Origin: Dehalococcoidia bacterium
GTDB lineage: Bacteria; Chloroflexota; Dehalococcoidia; Lucifugimonadales; UBA3495
Direction: 5' to 3'
DNA: 64,000 nt
Assembly (NCBI GenBank): GCA_034420695.1
Contig: DAOULB010000054.1
Location: forward strand, 78,207-142,206
Shown here: positions 63,215 to 64,000 of the stretch, in pieces
How the letters are laid out: each line of letters begins with the position of its first letter
Position numbering within the stretch: the first letter of the stretch is position 1
Notes under the pieces: generated by a model
What the model was told of the DNA's origin: nothing
Database searches by the model: none
Seen by the model: the letters and a program-made list of their open reading frames with translations, nothing else
Made by a program: the position numbers and the translations under genes

Positions 63215-63354
63215 TTGGGGGGCCTCCTTTTCGGGATTTGGAGGCCCAATCGTACCACACAGCCCTCAGAAACCCGCTTGGCGCAGCTTCCTGGGATTTG
63301 CCGGATGGGCTTTGGTGTGTTAAGTAAGAAATGCGCAATTTTGGAGGTGGAGTA

Positions 63355-63990
63355 ATGATTTCCCAACTTCGCACCTATACGGTCAACCGGGGCATGATGG
63401 ACCCGTGGGTGAAGCTGTTCGCCGAGACCCTGGTCCCCATGCAGGAGAGGCACGGAATCAGGATCGACGGGATGTGGGTCAACCAGGACCAGAACCAGTT
63501 CATCTGGATTCGCAGCTTCAACGATGCCGCGGACTTGGCAGCCAAGGAGAAGTCTTTCTACGAGTCCGAGGAATGGAACGGGATCATGGACCATGCCCGC
63601 AGTCACTTGGCCAGGGTGGTGGTGCAGCAGATGGAACCGGCCTCCAGCGGTGACGCCCGCATCGACCAAGGCGGCAACCAGGTCTCCCAGCTTCGAATTT
63701 ACACTGTGAACCGGGGGATGATGGACGCTTGGGCAAAGCTGTTTACTGAGTCCTTGGTCTCCATCCAGGAAAACCAGGGCATCAAGATCGACGGGATGTG
63801 GGTCAACGATGACCAGAACCAGTTCATCTGGATCCGCAGCTTCGCCGACGCGGATGACGTGAAGGCCAAGGAAGCGGCCTTCAGCGAGTCAGCGGAATGG
63901 AAGGCGATAGTGGACCACGCCCGGAGCCACTTGGCCCGGCTGGACGTTCAAACGATGCAGCCCGCCGCGGCGCCGGTGAGCGCCTCCTAG
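63355..63990 (+). CDS. tandem NIPSNAP-like (dimeric alpha/beta-barrel) domain protein
   Basis: Two ~100-aa repeats (ISQLRTYTVNRGMMDPWVKLF.. / VSQLRIYTVNRGMMDAWAKLF..). The ATG at 63355 has a GGAGGTGGAG SD. Confidence 0.75.
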   Translation: MISQLRTYTVNRGMMDPWVKLFAETLVPMQERHGIRIDGMWVNQDQNQFIWIRSFNDAADLAAKEKSFYESEEWNGIMDHARSHLARVVVQQMEPASSGDARIDQGGNQVSQLRIYTVNRGMMDAWAKLFTESLVSIQENQGIKIDGMWVNDDQNQFIWIRSFADADDVKAKEAAFSESAEWKAIVDHARSHLARLDVQTMQPAAAPVSAS

Positions 63991-64000
63991 GGAATCCCGG

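Overview
This is a G+C-rich (roughly 60% by eye), gene-dense chromosomal segment. I support about 62 protein genes and two tRNAs (Ser-GCU, Glu-UUC). I saw no rRNA, CRISPR array, transposase or integrase. Housekeeping genes include mnmA, rnhB, yraN, aconitase, miaB, nadA/nadC, dtd, argC, ybeY, dnaX-ybaB-recR-recO, hemQ and a cobC-cobQ-cobU-pduX cobalamin cluster. They are mixed with many catabolic paralogs: 4 luciferase-like (LLM) oxidoreductases, 2 isocitrate-lyase/PEP-mutase members, 2 amidohydrolases, CoA-transferase, crotonase, SDR, Zn-ADH, biotin carboxylase/BCCP, and two nearly identical orphan family-5 solute-binding lipoproteins. HemQ, PAC2, DUF5679, the LLM expansion and the E/V/K-linker lipoproteins suggest a Chloroflexota (SAR202-like) or related Terrabacteria genome, but that is inference only. 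Main hunt results: (1) Two track ORFs at 28186..28761 (-) are one gene joined by an in-frame UGA in a U-G-S-C motif, followed by a SECIS-like hairpin. This candidate selenoprotein sits in a six-gene LLM / unknown-protein / NHL-propeller / crotonase operon of unknown function. (2) A 0.8-kb gene desert holds nested tandem repeats, with an exact 99-nt period and 10-11-nt GGGAA subrepeats. (3) An A/T-richer island carries a solitary DpnI-like methyl-directed restriction enzyme next to 8 helically phased GACAAA repeats. (4) A biotin carboxylase and BCCP are separated by a one-base frame offset at a G5 run. (5) A 13-nt x6 tandem repeat spans the miaB stop and the nadA upstream region. (6) A vapBC pair is wedged between nadA and nadC. 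(7) A zinc-ribbon DUF2339 / DUF3999 membrane pair is present. All family calls are from motif recognition by eye. No database search was run.
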